A stretch of DNA of 63,998 bases, the filler included, from Choristocarpus tenellus KU-1152 (taxonomy: Eukaryota; Protista; Phaeophyceae): the NCBI GenBank assembly GCA_964200185.2. It is 13 parts of 13 records of this genome, joined end to end, with 100 filler letters (N's around TTAATTAATTAA, not from the genome) between each part and the next. Parts side by side here need not be neighbours in the genome. Positions count along the whole stretch, not along the records: positions 23,689 to 28,697 come from CAXNAD020012179.1; positions 28,798 to 31,660 come from CAXNAD020024126.1; positions 31,761 to 35,587 come from CAXNAD020017707.1; positions 35,688 to 39,495 come from CAXNAD020017809.1; 9 more parts are not named here. One strand, 5' to 3'. The number at the start of each line of letters is the position of its first letter. The stretch's first letter is position 1. Shown here piece after piece: positions 25,516-38,400 of this stretch. Under the pieces are notes generated by a model, which had not been told where the DNA came from, made no database searches, and saw nothing but the letters and a program-made list of their open reading frames with translations. A program made the position numbers and the translations under genes.

Positions 25516-25957
25516 TTATTTCCAGACATTTGGGGCTGGTTTTGCTGATTTTGCTAAATCTGTTATTTCCGAAAAAACAAGTTTGTATTCAAAATGTTTG
25601 TGTTCAGGGCATGCATGGTTTCTCAACCATTTCGAGATGGAAAAAATATTTTGAAGATATCTATGCGCAAGCCGATGTTGTTGACTCTCCAACGATATTA
25701 TTTGTAGTTTAAGATTCACATTTGATTATTCACAAAAACCAACACGACATAGACTTATGGGATGAGGGGAGTAAGAATATACTCCAGTCTGTGTTCCACT
25801 ATTTCGGGAAAAATTTAGAACAGAATTCTTTTTTGTAGAACTTTTTGATTTTTTTATAACATGAAGTATTCCAAGGAATCCAACGCAAAGTCCGTTTTGT
25901 AATCAGTCATCCTAGAGAGCTGCAATGTAACGGCCCAGACCTCTGGGAGAGAGGGAG
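25516..25957 (+). mobile_element. Two adjacent Stowaway/mariner right-end fragments (ending ~25771 and 25957)
   Basis: gacttatgggatgaggggag|ta at ~25752-25773. The second end, ccaaggaatccaacgcaaagtccgttttgtaatc...ggcccagacctctgggagagagggag, matches the right arm of 1940-2295. Confidence 0.7.
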
Positions 25958-28220
25958 CATCATGATACACTAAACATCACCATCTATTCCATGCATTTGT
26001 ACATAGTTTAGTACTACTTGAATTACAACACGTACGTCCTTTTCTATTGTGTTTGGTGGCGTAATGAATGATGTGTGGTATCTCTCGAAGGGAACGAAAG
26101 GAAGTGAACCCCATACTAGACTTGCCATTTTGCCGTTCGTCCTTTATGTCATCAGGAGTTTTCTACAAACTTAATGAAGAGTAGTAATCCAAACTGATTT
26201 TACGATTCTACGTGTGTCCCGGAGAATCCATCATTCTTTTCAACGTAGTTTCTTTTTTTTTCAGAACTTGAAATATAGACCAATTATATACCTCTCTATA
26301 TTTAAGAAAATATTAACTGGAACCATCACACACTAACACAATACACCACATCTACTACAACACTCACAACTACAGGAAGAATGTGTGGAAAAACTCGCCG
26401 TAGATTGATCTCCCCTTTCTACATACTGCTGCTGCTGTATATAATCGCCATGGCCTCTTTTCCTGCCTCATAAGAACACTCCACACCTCAATACGTGCAC
26501 AAAATGATACGCGAACTCTGGAGTGATCAGGTCTTGATCAAGACTTCTTCCCCCCGTCTGCAAATGTAGAATGTGAGAATTACTTACGCGATACCGCATT
26601 TTTTTGTGGTGTTCCAAAAGGCGAGGTTCGTACACGTATGGATGCAATCACACTTTTCGCAATATGTCTAAGTATGCCGCTGGTTGCAGTTGCTTCTTTT
26701 GTCAGACCCCTGCCTCCGATCTACCCCCTCAAATGTGTTTTGAACTTTGATTGGGCACGAAAGAGTCAACAGTGAAGGGTTCAGGAGGACTCACATTGAC
26801 CCTGAAATTGGTTTGTATTTTTGTGGCATGTCATACATCAATGGACAATAGATAGGGAATGTGTGGAGAGATCAAGGGGCTTTGTTCGAGGTAACAGGAT
26901 GCCCAGAATGATTCGATCCCTCTCCTATCCCTCTCCTCTCTCCTTCTCTTCTCTTCTTCAGCATTGGTCATAGAAGCACCTGTGTTGTTTCGCGGGAGTT
27001 TTACAGGTTACCTAGTGCTATAGAGAAAGATCGATCTGCATCATCCTTGCTTTGACCGCCTGGGCGACGAAGAGGTTCTCATGCCTACCTTTTCGCGCTT
27101 TCTCACCTGCCCACTTGTGGTTACATGATCCTTACACGCTACTGGTCCGCCAACTAATGCACATACATTGTACTGCTCCACTTCTACCTCAATAATTGCT
27201 TACACATCCTCTCCACACTTGTCCATGGAACTGGTAAATCAAATACCTAGCTTCCACAGGTCGCATCAAGTCCAGACGAAGAGAGAGGGTAGCAACGATA
27301 ATGTCTCAGCTCTTGGTGATGTATCCTCAACCCCTACTTCTGCAAACACTCCCGCCCCGGTCGGGAACCTGGACTCTTCGCTCTTCTCGGCATCCTCACC
27401 ACAGGGGAAGAGAATGACGAGTCTATCCAGCAATGTGGCTGTTTTCCCTTCCTCTCTCTTAATCTTGTGGATAATATCCTCGTCACTCTACTCCTATAAT
27501 TGGAGGTGCTTAGCGGAGATACACATACACTTAGTCATCCCCTGTCTACAGTTTCTGCCAATGGTATAGCTGAAGGCTGGTGCTTCACTCTCACAAAGTA
27601 ATCATGGAGGAGGCTCTCACCACTGTCCTCGAGCAGCTGGGTAATGTTTAGACACTGATCATATGCTATGGCCTACAACTCGTGTCTCCACCACATTGCG
27701 CTTGTTGGCATTTCTTCGTGATCATGAAACACACTAAAAGAGTCAGAAACGTTGGCTAATCAACAAGAATGTGAAATTATGATTATGATTATGGGAGTAT
27801 GTTTACTTGGAGGTGAGGTTGATTGGGCCTCGAGAGGGTTCAAAACTGTTGCCTTGCAGGAACATGTACTTGCTCAGGAGAGGAGCAGGGCTAGCGGGGT
27901 TTGAAACACACCTTGTTCTCTTACTTTGAATGACCTCTTATCAATAGCACTCAACCCTACTACCCCCAAATACCCTAACTCCCTCGACCGATTTCCTACA
28001 GGAACTCAAGGTTGAGAAGAATAATGATGCGGTGGTTCATGAATCAAAGTCACAGCAATGAGGTGACAGACGCTCGGAGCCAACCACACAAGGACGGAGG
28101 CTGTTCGAAAATGCCGCATTTGGTCAGCAGGTGAATCAATCCATGTTCAAGTATGCAGGTAAGGTGACAACAATAATATTACATGCACTTATCGACTGTA
28201 GAAAATTTCTTGGTCGGCCA

Positions 28221-28498
28221 TTATTCCTAGAGAATAGCAACTCACCTTGTTCTTGGTCGGACATTCCTTCCGGAGAGAGAGGTGCTGGCAGCCATTTCTG
28301 CTTCCTCCAACTTCCAACCGGCACCAACCAACTCCTGGTATTGATCATATTTAGTTGGTGAGTGGTCACTTGAACAAGACCGATACCACGAGTTGTTTAG
28401 TGTTGGTTAGAAGTTGGAGGCAGAAATGGCTGCAAACACCTCTCTGCGGAAGGAGGGTGCTACCAAGGTCAGGGTGAACTGCTTTTCTCTAGGAATAA
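28221..28498. repeat. Diverged ~95-bp inverted repeat (arms 28221-28319 and 28405-28498)
   Basis: The reverse complement of the left arm (ggttggaagttggaggaagcagaaatggctgccagcacctctct..ggtgagttgctattctctaggaataa) matches the right arm (ggttagaagttggaggcagaaatggctgcaaacacctctct..ggtgaactgcttttctctaggaataa). Confidence 0.8.
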
Positions 28499-28905
28499 TT
28501 AGCAACAAAGAGGGAGATGGGTGCTGAAGAACGTGATCAGCATTTTGGAGTAGTAATGAGCATACATATGTGCCACAACTGCGAGAGCAGGGTGGTGTTT
28601 CAACAAAAGCTACTCCCAAGGATCGCAAGTTGTTAGACTTGTTGAGGTTACGCCCGAGGGTTGCTATCCCTCTAATCAGTGACCGGTATCGGCGGGGNNN
28701 NNNNNNNNNNNNNNNNNNNNNNNNNNNNNNNNNNNNNNNNNTTAATTAATTAANNNNNNNNNNNNNNNNNNNNNNNNNNNNNNNNNNNNNNNNNNNNTAT
28801 ATGTTATTTTTTTGGTAAGGGTTCTCAATTGCTTCCTCTCTACCATGCATTATTTGTGCCCCCTCCCCCCCCCCTGTATTTGTTTCCCTTGCTTTTTGTT
28901 GCAAG

Positions 28906-31660
28906 GTGACTGTGGTCTCAGCGAACAACATTGTCCCGACTCACATTGGGCAGGCGGTGGATTGTGATCCCTATTGTGTGCTGGAGGTGCTTCCGGAAGG
29001 ATCGCGACCCAAGAAGGGTATGGCTGAGGGTACCAAGTATAAGACTGTCTGCAAGGTAGGTTCCTGTCCTGTATTCTTTTGTGTTGTGTTCTGTGTGTCA
29101 GGTGCTACATTGCGTTGTCATGTATCTGTGTTCACTTTAAGCACAAGATATAGAGGTACTCAGAGCATTCGGAACATGATGTCGTGTGATTGCTTGTGAG
29201 TAGGACTCTTTGTAGTTCCATTGTGGACTTGTATGAATGAGAGATTGAGGTACATTTCAGGTGTCTTATGGGGACCATGTCCACCTGTTTTGGTAGATAC
29301 AGGTCAGGTGAGTTGGGGGTTGGGGCGGGGGGAATGGTGGCCTGCACAATACAAACACAATACAATGCATGGTCATGCATGTATGCTTCTTTGGGTTCTG
29401 AACTTGTGGTTGTAGTAGTTTGCCTGCTGTTGGATTGTGTAGTGTGAAATGCTAGACTGGAGTACCAGGTGATTCTCGAAATTTTGCAAAGGGTATGTTT
29501 GGAGCAAGGAGGTTGTGGTGGGGTACAGCACCATAGTTTGTTGGATATGTTTAAGTTTGGAGTAGAGGATTTTGTGCAATCTTGAATTGATGTTTGTGGA
29601 GGATAGAGGGAAGGCCTTCGTGGCAAAGGAGGGTGTGGAGGGTAACACACTCCAGTAGGTCTGATAGGATGTCTGATAGGATGTTGCTTCAAGCGAGATA
29701 GACATTCTTGTAGTACTATCTACATTGACACGGGCGGTGTTTACATACCTCCCCGTAACAACCGAGTTTTGGCCTCACCCCCTTGTGCACCTATCAACAA
29801 TCCTCCTTGTTCTGGGATCCAAAGGGAAGCCTGTATCCCAAGCCCAAGCCAGTGGCTCCAGGGTTGGTGCTCTTTTCTGTGTTGATGTCTCTCTCTCTCT
29901 CTATCTCTCTCTCTCTCTCTCTGACCTTGATAGGTTTCTGCATAATGCTTGTTCCTCGTTTTTCTTTTTTGCCTTGTGATGTCAGACGGGCACTGCAGAC
30001 CCTGTATGGAATGAGGCAGTGACAATCCCCAATGTGGCACAGCTGGATGCCAAGCTGGTAGTGACTGTGTGCAACAAGCGGGCCATGGGCAGGTGTGTGT
30101 GTATGCATGGAGACATGTCTCGGGGAGGGGGGAGGCTCACGTCTTTGGTTGGTGAGCTTTCAGAGGTGCATCCTTTGGAGACCGTAACACTCACTACAAT
30201 ATTTGGACCGATTTGCTCTGTACCAGGGTACTGTACCAGGGTACTGTACCAGGGTACTTTGCTGTACTGCCCCCGGTTCTGGTTATGTATGTTTTTGATG
30301 GGACTGGTCCAGGGACGTCAGATTTCAACTGGTCTGACCTTGCTGCCAGCCTAGGTGTGATGTGTTTAAAGTAAGCAGGTTCAGGACTGCGAGGGTTTTC
30401 GATGAGGTCGGGTTCAAGTCTGGATCTGGTTCAACATGGTTCATTTAGTAATAGTATTTATAGTAAAATGGTCTTATCCAGGGCCGTCAAAGATTGTGAG
30501 TGGATCAGTCTGCAGGCTGTCCTGTGGCCCGGCCCCCTTGAACACAGAGGGTGCAGAGGTGGAAGGTTCACTTATGAGTTAATCATATTATGATGACGAG
30601 GTATTTTTTATTTATATTTATGCAGGTCGAAGGATTTAAAATATAGTTGATTCTCCCGCCTCTTGGGGTTTGCCCAACATATTTTGACTGGGTGGGGCCT
30701 GGCCCATCTTGACCAGGCAGGCCCAGTTAATGCACCATTTTATTCAGGTATTATCAGAAATTTAAACCTGGCAGACCACAGACCACCCCTGGGAAAGTAC
30801 ATTTTTTTAAAGAACTGGTTTAGGACTGCAAGACTTTCCGGTGGACTGGGCCACTGGTCAGTCCCTGTGAAGTACCTTGTAGGATATTTTAATGACACTG
30901 GACCAGGGTTGTCAGAGATGTGTCCGGACCAGACCATGGCCTGGCCACTGCCCCAGTCCAGTTAACTAACAGTCTGGTGGAAATTTGTCTGGTAAAACAT
31001 TTGTTGTCCAGCAAATTCCTGTATTCATTTGCTCTAAAGTTGTGGTGGACATAGTATTGCACCAGGATGTTGAGTTGTGTGGTGTCACTTGTCATGAGTT
31101 CTACAATGTCCATTGTCGTGTGTAAGGCTGTAACACTGGGTTGTGTTATGCAAGTGTTATGTTGTCCGAGACGGGAAGAGTAGTGGTGAGAGTGGCCGCC
31201 GCTGGTGTGAAGACAAAAGCAAGAATGGAATGCAATATACTGATGTGGATGTTTCAATAGCTGGGTTTGTTGTTGCTGAAAGGCTTGTTGATGGTGGAAC
31301 AGATTCTCGATTGTGAGATCAAAGCCTCCCCTACTTCAAATGTTCTATGAAGTGTAATGCCCACATGGCATGTGACTAAACAGTGCAAGGGCAAGCACAT
31401 CAAAATCCTCCATCTTCCTTCTTCCTTTACCTCTCCCACCCATCAAATTTCGCCCTAATCCAAATACTGTGTAACCTCCATGCTGATCAGAATCACCATG
31501 CCCCCCCCCTGACCCTCCCCTTGACTGATTTTGATGCACTTGCAGGGATCAGTGCTTGGGTAAGATCGAGGTTCCCCTGTCTGGTGAGAACCTAAGGAGA
31601 AGTGGTCCCCCCCCTGATATTGTGATGGCCCTGCAGGATGCAGAGGTTGCTGGTGAACAG
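28906..31660 (+). CDS. C2-domain-containing protein, partial. Exons 28906-29055, 29986-30092 and 31546-31660 (runs to contig end)
   Basis: Spliced translation VTVVSANNIV..DCDPYCVLEV..KYKTVCK/TGTADPVWNEAVTIP..LVVTVCNKRAMGR/DQCLGKIEVPL carries the C2 signatures DPY, PVWNE and DxxLG. Phases are compatible and borders are GT-AG. Confidence 0.85.
29400..29700 (+). mobile_element. Degenerate Copia-like integrase fragment in an intron
   Basis: Stop-interrupted FSKFCKGY..TAP-like segment. Weak support. Confidence 0.25.
30285..30976 (+). repeat. Intronic repeat rich in GGAC(T/C)GGTCC-type motifs, related to 44580-44776
   Basis: Shared blocks ggtccaggga..agatttcaactg, cactggtc..ccctgtgaa and ccagtcc..a(c)agtctgg. 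Confidence 0.55.
31030..31370 (+). mobile_element. Degenerate Copia RNase H fragment in an intron
   Basis: Weak residual similarity to the segment from CVxLSSxEAEY to KHIDV. Confidence 0.3.
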
Positions 31661-32329
31661 NNNNNNNNNNNNNNNNNNNNNNNNNNNNNNNNNNNNNNNN
31701 NNNNTTAATTAATTAANNNNNNNNNNNNNNNNNNNNNNNNNNNNNNNNNNNNNNNNNNNNCGTCTTGCCCGGTGATTCTCTTCGCCACCCCTGCCTGAGT
31801 GAACCATGCCGCCACAGAATCACACGATTCACAGTTGACAAGATACCAAAGATTTAGGGTGGATGATCGCTTGAATATATTGCCTCCAACAGTCAAAACT
31901 TCCTTGGTGACGCGGTTTTCTTCCAAGCATCATTGCGTCGTGAACATTGAATAATTGTAGGTAATACAAACTAAAAACCATATTCTGGAACTGTGTTGAT
32001 CACAACCTTAGAAACAGAACTTTGATGGGAAAAGATCCGGATTTGGATGTGGAGGAAGGGGTTAAGGGATTTTAATACAAAAATATATGTGGGATATTTT
32101 ACGTTCCCATACAAATAATAATAATGACACCAAAAATATGTTGGACCCTGAACCTCATCGAAATGATATGTTGATGGAGATCGACATGGAGTTGGGGGAT
32201 TTAGAAGGAAATTTGGATATGGAGGAATAATAATATATATATGGAGAACGTTGTAAACGATGTGTGTGATAAGAGAGTGATTGATGTGTTTGTGAGTGGG
32301 AAAGTGAATTTACATCCCCCAGAACGTGG

Positions 32330-33870
32330 GACGATGTGAGAGCTAATAAACTCACGGAGTGACCTTTGTGGAGGGGGGCTGTAGAAGGAAAGGTAATGGA
32401 CTTGGATAGCAGGGAAGCGATGTTCAGGTAAGCTCGAGGAACACAGGGTGATTGGGATCAACCTTGCGTTCGAGAAGAAGGTTGACGCAAAGGAATAGTA
32501 AGGAAGCATTGAGAGGAAAAATGCTAGGCTGTTGATCCAGAGATTTCGACGTAGGAAGGAGGAAGATTACTTCGAGTCGTACGCACCACACCCAGTCGCG
32601 CTTCCCTTCACATGCTACTTTCTTTAGCGGTGACGAAGGGTTATGACTTGATCCATAATGACGGGAAGGTTTTCACCTGGGCTGGCTTAGAGGCGTTCCA
32701 TTGTGTGTAGCATGGTTTGATGGACCAGTGGGGTTGGAAATTCTCTGCACAGGAATGTTCTATCTCCCAGGGACTGGAATTTTCTACATACAGATAGTTA
32801 CGTTGTTATGGTCAGGAATAGAGCAGTCTGAGGTGATTCGTGCCTGTTTAGATATATTGTGGTAAGTCAAGTGATGATGATCGCTCTGGAGCACATGGAT
32901 GGCATGTTGATGGTGGAGGAAAAGAGTCTGGGTGCCTGGAGGGTATCATTGAAGGACATCACAAGGAGTTTTCTGTGGTAAATTTGAGGTAGTTGCCCAA
33001 GTTTTGAGGCTACAGGTTCAGGAAGAATCGAAGATTGGGACACACTTATTGGGGACCTTGCTGAGCGGCATGGTGTTGACTCTACAAGTGAAATACCAAC
33101 AATCGCCAGGAAGGTGGAGATGGAGGGGCCTGTTCCAATTGACTATTTGTCCATTGTTTGAGTAATATGGCGGGCGGTTGTTGTTTGTCTAAGGCAGTTC
33201 TGAAGGTGGCATGATGTGTTGAGGATCCAAGTTTGTCAGATTGACTGTGAATGCAGAAAGAGTGATAAGGTACTTGTTGGGTACTAAGCAGAGAAGAGCA
33301 CCGCGCTTGGAGATATGGGAGTGTATTGGGAATGGAACAGGAGACCACTATGCTGATGCTGCACCAATTGTAAGGAGAGTACTTTGTCTACTTCATGTGT
33401 AGTGGTTATCTTTGAAGGGGACTTGTTGACTGATGGTCAAGGAGGCAGAAGATGACAACACTGTCTACTGCTGAGGCTGAAGGGTGTTTCACTTTGTAAG
33501 TTGGATGAGGGGATTGTGCCTCTCAAGCAGGTGTGCGTGTCCATGCAATCACTTCCAGGATTTCATTGTGTTGACGTTTAGGGGTTACACTTCTCAAGCA
33601 AGAGCACATGTCAATACAAGCGCTTTTAGGATTACATGGTGTTGGTGTTTGATGATAAAGATGGAACCATCAAACTTGCTCAAAATATTTTCTGGAGGTG
33701 GGACAAAGCACATCTACATTTGATGCGACTTTTAGCGCGAGTTTGAGGGAGAGAAGAAGATGCCTATCGGATATTTTCCTACTGATTTGCAATATGCAGA
33801 TGTCTTAACAAAGGGTTTATCAAAGGAGTATTTTAGTTGGCATTCCAGTTTAGTCGTGTGTAGTATTTAG
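32330..33870 (+). mobile_element. Ty1/Copia retrotransposon RT-RNase H remnant
   Basis: KNARLLIQRF..EEDYFESYAP (KARLVAxGF..DYxETFAP), VIRYLLGT, DGTIKLAQN..GTKHIYI..PTDLQYADVLTKGL (RNase H ADxxTK motif). Many stops. Confidence 0.85.
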
Positions 33871-35150
33871 TGGGATGATTTGATTTTGTTGTATAGCTGT
33901 GTTGTGGTTGAGATATTATGGCAATGTGAACCTTTGTTGGTAAAGATACCCTGTTCAGGTGGATGAGATTACCCCTCCTGTTCCTTCTCTCCACCCTACC
34001 AATGAATAATCAAGACTACGTAGTACGATGTATACACACAAGTCCTGCATACACCAGCTTCTTTGACAATCCGTACGTCTCCATTTACGTGGAACGTGAT
34101 CCATCTTTGGAGGAAATTCAGCACTGGATGCAAATTTTAGTTTGCAGGTCTATCCTGAATACTCATGCCATGCAGCAATACACCAGAGCCTTGAACACGT
34201 TGACCATGAGCACCAGACTCCTTACCCCAAGTGATAGGTCAATAGGCTGGTTGTAGAGTTCTTTATTGTACCTCATCATGAAATCCCCCCATTCTCATTG
34301 GACCGAAGGCGATGGTAGTGGTGATGATATCATCAGCATCATCACTAGGTGAGCCTCCAAAATAGATGTAACTTGGCAGTGTGCTCGTACCTTTGCCCTC
34401 CAGCCTCGATCTGCATTTCATCTGCCATAGGACCTGACAATATTGGTGCCTTCAATGACATCATCCCAGGTGTTGGATGGTCGTGCATTTTCTTGCTCCC
34501 TATTGAATGGTCGATGAAAATTTTGTCGCCGTTCTATACAATACTTTTATATATTTTATCAACTCTAACACTCAAGTATATTCTACAACTAAATAGTTGG
34601 CAGTATCTTTTTCTAACTTTCATTTATTTGATGTGCAATAATTGTGGAACATACGGAACTATTGCGCTCACTGTGGATATTTTGCTGGTGATGTTTCAGG
34701 GGAGGGATAACATATCACAACAAACACCAGAAGTACATGAGCTTCTGATACGTACAATATTATATATTGATGGTCCGTTTCCAACATCCTTAAAATACTC
34801 TACCAAAAATACAACAATGTGTCATCTGGGTGTATGTTCCCTCACATCCAATCCATTTTTACATAATTATGCTTCTAAACTATAGCATAGCCCTACGAAC
34901 AACAGGGTCGAGGGAGGCAAGGAAGACAAGACTATGTGTGACCCAGTCTTCTTGCTCACTGACCCGGGTATCTCCACCTTGAAACATGACACCCCTCGAA
35001 AGACCTACCTGTGCAGTTACTATTACTACCTGTGTCTAAAACGAGCCTTGACACCCCTTTCCTACAGTAACTAATTCCTGCCCAGTCCCTTTCGCCCCTT
35101 ATCCTACTGCATGCACGTATTATGTGTGGCTAACTCATCAATGAAAAAAA

Positions 35151-35324
35151 GGCTCAAAGTATCTGGGGGGGGATGGCGGCTGTCCATCTGGCGTTGATTT
35201 TTTCATGTCGCGATTTTTGGGTGATTTGGTTGCATACATCGGATTGATAATATAAATGCACTTTTACTGATTTTGGTCCAAATGGACACCCTGGTGTAGA
35301 CCTCCCCCCCCAGATACTTGGGTC
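35151..35324 (+). mobile_element. MITE family A, full copy, TSD AAAA (used as reference copy)
   Basis: aaaa|GGCTCAAAGTATCT-G8..TGTCCATCTGG ... CCAAATGGACA..polyC-CAGATACTTGGGTC|aaaa. Confidence 0.93.
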
Positions 35325-35509
35325 AAAACCCCTTTGTGGTGCCGTTTCGCCATGAGGTGATCGAGGAGGAGTGATACCTAAAAGTGGTTGAGTTACTGCT
35401 TTTCCATTTAACAGTAGTAGTAGTATGATGAGATCTCGCTCCCGCACTAATGAGGGAGGAATGGAGATAATCCCGTCAAGGTTAGGGGCACAACAAGGGA
35501 ACCCTGTTG

Positions 35510-35587
35510 GACGTAGAGTATCTGGGGGGGGGGTGGTGGCTGTCCATTTAGGGTCAATTTTTCATGTCGCGATTTTTGGGTGATTTG
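35510..35587 (+). mobile_element. MITE family A fragment at contig end
   Basis: agtatctggggggggggtggtggctgtccatttagggtcaatttttcatgtcgcgatttttgggtgatttg. Confidence 0.85.
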
Positions 35588-35739
35588 NNNNNNNNNNNNN
35601 NNNNNNNNNNNNNNNNNNNNNNNNNNNNNNNTTAATTAATTAANNNNNNNNNNNNNNNNNNNNNNNNNNNNNNNNNNNNNNNNNNNNGTTGGGGGGGGGG
35701 GGGGGGGGGGGGTGGGGGGTTGGGCGTTTGTTGGGGGAA

Positions 35740-35917
35740 AGGGGGGGGGGGGGGGGGGGGGGGGGTCAACACCAAGGTGTCCATTTGGCCCCAAATTAGG
35801 AAAAGTTCATTTATATTATCCATCCGACGTATGGAATCAAATCACCCAAAAATCGCGTTATGAAAAAATTGATCCCAAATGGACAGCCGCCACCCCCCCC
35901 GCCAGATACTTTGAGCC
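35740..35917 (-). mobile_element. MITE family A copy at contig start
   Basis: polyG-tcaacaccaaggtgtccatttgg...ccaaatggacagccgcc-polyC-gccagatactttgagcc. Confidence 0.9.
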
Positions 35918-36067
35918 TTTTCGAGAGGGAAAACTTGACTCTCGGACCTTTTTATGTCCCGTAATGTTTTGCTCTTGTCTTACATGTTGATTAACTGACC
36001 ATATTAATCTGTTTCTTATTTCCTTTTTTGTATCATTTTCGTTGTTCCATTATTTTGTATTTCATAG

Positions 36068-36179
36068 ATCTGTGGAAGTAGTGTCAAAGGTGCGAAGTTC
36101 TCTGCTCAAGGGGGCAATCACAATCACCGGAGTGAACTCTTCCACCTCAGAGGGTGAGACTGAGTATCAAAGGTCTTAG
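36068..36179 (+). CDS. Possible isolated terminal exon (SVEVVSKVRSSLLKGAITITG..EYQRS*)
   Basis: Long pyrimidine-rich tract ending in catag| followed by an open frame to TAG. No homology recognised. Confidence 0.25.
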
Positions 36180-37076
36180 CCCAACATCTCAAAGTCTGTT
36201 GAGGAAATCCAGCACAGAACAAAAACCTCAAAATACAACAGATTTTCCTGAATGACTGAGCAATGTCACAGCAAAGAAATGGATCAGTCAGAATCGGAAT
36301 GGTTCTTCGTTCTGACAATCTATTTTGGATGTTCGGTCAAATCTGGATCTTATGGGTTTGGTTGGATTATTGGACTGGTCGGTATGGGTGAGCTCAAATG
36401 ACGTGGTTGGCGCGCGCAATTATATATGACCGCGCGTCTTATGCACAAGTAAGTGTGTGTGTCGGAGATCCCAAAAAAGGAACCTGCCCCAGACAGATCT
36501 GGTTTTTGTAAGATACGTACGTATGTGAAGTACAATGTAAACTTTTTCTAGTCGCGTTTTTTGTAAAATTAATTTTCCTCTGACCACAACAGGTCCGAGC
36601 ATCTTGTACGTCTACTACATAAGAGTTGTAGTCGTACCAGTAGGTCGAATCACATTATCATTATTAAAAGGATACACGTGATGATGCACTTGATGCTTCT
36701 CCTACCTAGACTAGCACTGTCAAATCAATTATAGAAGCAAGAGAACAATGATCCTGGGAGTCAGTCAGACGCCACCTTGCCTACCGGCCCATTGTCTACA
36801 GCTTAAGACCCGTGGAGTGACTTGACATGCCTGGTTGTGTTGATTTCCTTATTCATCACAAGTTGTAAGACCCCTGTTTTGAAGCCACTTCCTCTTGGAC
36901 TTGTAGTATACACACAAGAATGAATGCCTGCTGATCACACGCATTGACTTACAAATCAATGCTCAGTATGCACATACTGGGTCCAAGCAAAACCTTATTT
37001 AACATATATTTCAGTCTGTATCAGTGCATGTGTACAACAGGTGATCTCACTCACTTGAGTCAAAGTAAAGGAGAGA

Positions 37077-37285
37077 GAGGAACCCAGGATGCTGACAAAT
37101 ATGCATTTTTTTTTGTACATAATACATTTAGGAAATTTTTCTGAAATGTGTCAATAAATTCCAAACAATATCAAAATCGATGCTCTCAAGTCAACTTTGG
37201 CACTCCATCCATAGAAAAGAGAGGGTGAATTACAAAAGATGAAGAAAGTGGCTTAAAATGTAAAGTGCCTCAAACCTAGGTACCC
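37077..37285 (+). mobile_element. MITE family D with short TIRs (GAGGAACCCAGG / CCTAGGTACCC)
   Basis: Short imperfect TIRs. Related copies at 20455-20660 and ~3002-3155. Confidence 0.6.
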
Positions 37286-37689
37286 ATTGTTTACTTTAGG
37301 TCTTAAATGTCTTTGGGTCAAGTCAACCCAGTTGCTATACACAGACAGCTCTCCAATATTCTAACTCCTTGCCACCCCACTCCCCTGTCCATTCTATTCC
37401 TACAATTAATTAATGACTGTGACTGGCCCCCTTGCCCTACACGCTCTCTAGTCTCAACAAAGAGGACGCTTGAGATCAGGACTTCCCACTCATGCTGATC
37501 TGTCAGCTGTGAAACATTTCCCATGCCCGTCTTCGGCTCCTGGAGGGCAATGTGAAGCGTCACCTTCTGAGGGCAGAACCCTGTGAAAGGGCAACATCTT
37601 TTTGTCTGATAACTCGAGTTTGGTATTGGACAGTGTGTATAGAGCACAGAGTACAGAAAAGACATTAGTTAGGAACTAGTATCAACAAT

Positions 37690-38400
37690 GGTGGAGATTG
37701 CCAACACACAACCCACATCCTCATACATTTTACAGGAGGGTTTCATTGTTAGCCTACAATGCCGCCATGTTCATGTCCAATGCAGGTCCTTGTGCACTGT
37801 ATGTTCCAAAGGAGTCATCACCAAGATTACACTTGAACATGGTCATTCAACCCCTTCCTAGAGGTATTCTACACCCTCTCCCAAATTTGCTGTTTCCTTC
37901 TCTTCCAAAGCAGGACATCATTCCGAGCAGACCCCGAGAAGCATCTGATTCGATATTGACAATCCCAACACGAAAGCAAGGCATACAATAACTTTTCCAC
38001 TAAATAAAAAAGTTGGTGGGCAGTATGAGCGATCTCTGAGGAGGAACAGCATTGATAGCAAAACTTGCAAAGTATATTCTGCCAGTAAGGATGCCACACA
38101 GTAGGAGAAACCTGGACTGTATCTTAGAGCAAAAGAAAGGAACCATATATGCATGTTTTTGTGGACTATGAGGCATGCATCTATTAGTGCTGCAGCATTA
38201 AACATCTTGCAACCACTGCCCCTCCAGCAAAATATGGGGACAATGCACTTGTTTCCATCCTCAGCAACACCAAATACTTTGAGGCCCTTCCTTTATAAGA
38301 CCCCCGTGAGTAACTCCTCTCTAAGGACTCCAATAGTAGAGTCAACACTGGATAAAACTAGATCAAGCAAAACATTTTGGGGATTGAAATATACCATAAA
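37690..38400 (-). mobile_element. Degenerate Copia RT/RNase H remnant
   Basis: Minus-strand residual motifs (LRDRSYC..FLFSGKVI, resembling DRRSxSG..F..G.V) with frameshifts. Confidence 0.4.

Noticed and set aside
30220-30258. 13-bp unit repeated three times (GTACCAGGGTACT), and similar short tandem duplications at 29661, 40773 and 43081
   Set aside because: Ordinary slippage duplications with no further structure.
35688-35765. Long G-runs here, and the C/T runs at 39596-39680 and 6686-6730, as G-quadruplex elements
   Set aside because: They lie at contig edges next to homopolymers and are likely low-quality sequence.
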